Translations under genes and position numbers: made by a program | The notes under the pieces: model-generated | What the model saw: only the letters and a program-made list of their open reading frames with translations | Database searches by the model: none | What the model was told of the DNA's origin: nothing | Part shown: positions 63,669-64,000 of the stretch, one piece after another | Layout of the letters: every line of letters starts with the position of its first letter | Position numbering within the stretch: the stretch's first letter is position 1 | Source of the DNA: Octopus sinensis | Taxonomy: Eukaryota | Assembly: GCF_006345805.1 (NCBI RefSeq) | Contig: NC_042998.1 | Span: 203,422,001-203,486,000, forward strand | Length of the DNA: 64,000 bases | Direction of reading: 5' to 3'

Positions 63669-64000
63669 TTCAGTAGTTTTATTTTTATAGCGTGCTTTCA
63701 CTTCACTACCGAGCGCAGCTCTGTGTGCCTTGGGTATGTGCTGTGATTTGTTGTGATGCTCTGATGGTTATTGTATGGAAAGTGTTCTGCGTAGGATGTG
63801 TGCAGTGCCTAGTAGTGCAATTTTCTGTATGTTATATGTGTTTGTAAGTCCTGGTATTTTTGTTATGTATTTGTCTGAATATTTTTTTATCATGCCTAAT
63901 ACACCTACTGTGATAGGAATTGTTTCTGTTTTCAGATTCCACATTCTAGTTACCTCTATTTCCAGGTCTTTGTATTTTGAGAGTTTCTCCATTTCTTTTA
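63669..64000 (-). mobile_element. R4/Dong-like family A 3' end, runs off the window
   Basis: MEKLSKYKDLEIEVTRMWNLKTETIPITVGVLGMIKKYSDKYITKIPG...HILRRTLSIQ; (AAT)n tail abutting element D. Confidence 0.9.

Overview
Repeat-saturated, AT-rich eukaryotic non-coding DNA. The SINE families and microsatellite load resemble Octopus (coleoid cephalopod) genomes; that assignment is recalled, not searched. No host protein-coding exon, rRNA, true tRNA gene or CRISPR array can be supported, and most listed ORFs are microsatellite read-through. Recognisable content: (i) a decayed CR1-type LINE at the left end; (ii) at least five distinct R4/Dong-like restriction-like-endonuclease (REL) LINE families, four sitting in (TAA)n tracts and one between (CATA)n tracts; (iii) RTE, Tx1-like and CR1/L2-like LINE fragments; (iv) an internally deleted Ty3/Gypsy element with two LTRs, PBS, PPT and a 5-bp TSD; (v) Penelope-like relics with several minimal hammerhead-ribozyme-like motifs; (vi) many copies of three tRNA-headed SINE families (labelled A, B, C here) and a 555-bp non-tRNA element (labelled D); (vii) non-autonomous Helitrons, MITEs and a mariner relic; (viii) a 6.1-kb (CAT/CAC)n array and a 1.2-kb (CA/CACG)n array. 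Best leads: a repeated hammerhead-like motif with a non-canonical core, element D, the (CATA)n-flanked REL LINE, an LTR element with TG...AA ends, and a set of long fold-back palindromes. All alignments were done by eye, so boundaries are approximate to a few bases unless a TSD is quoted.
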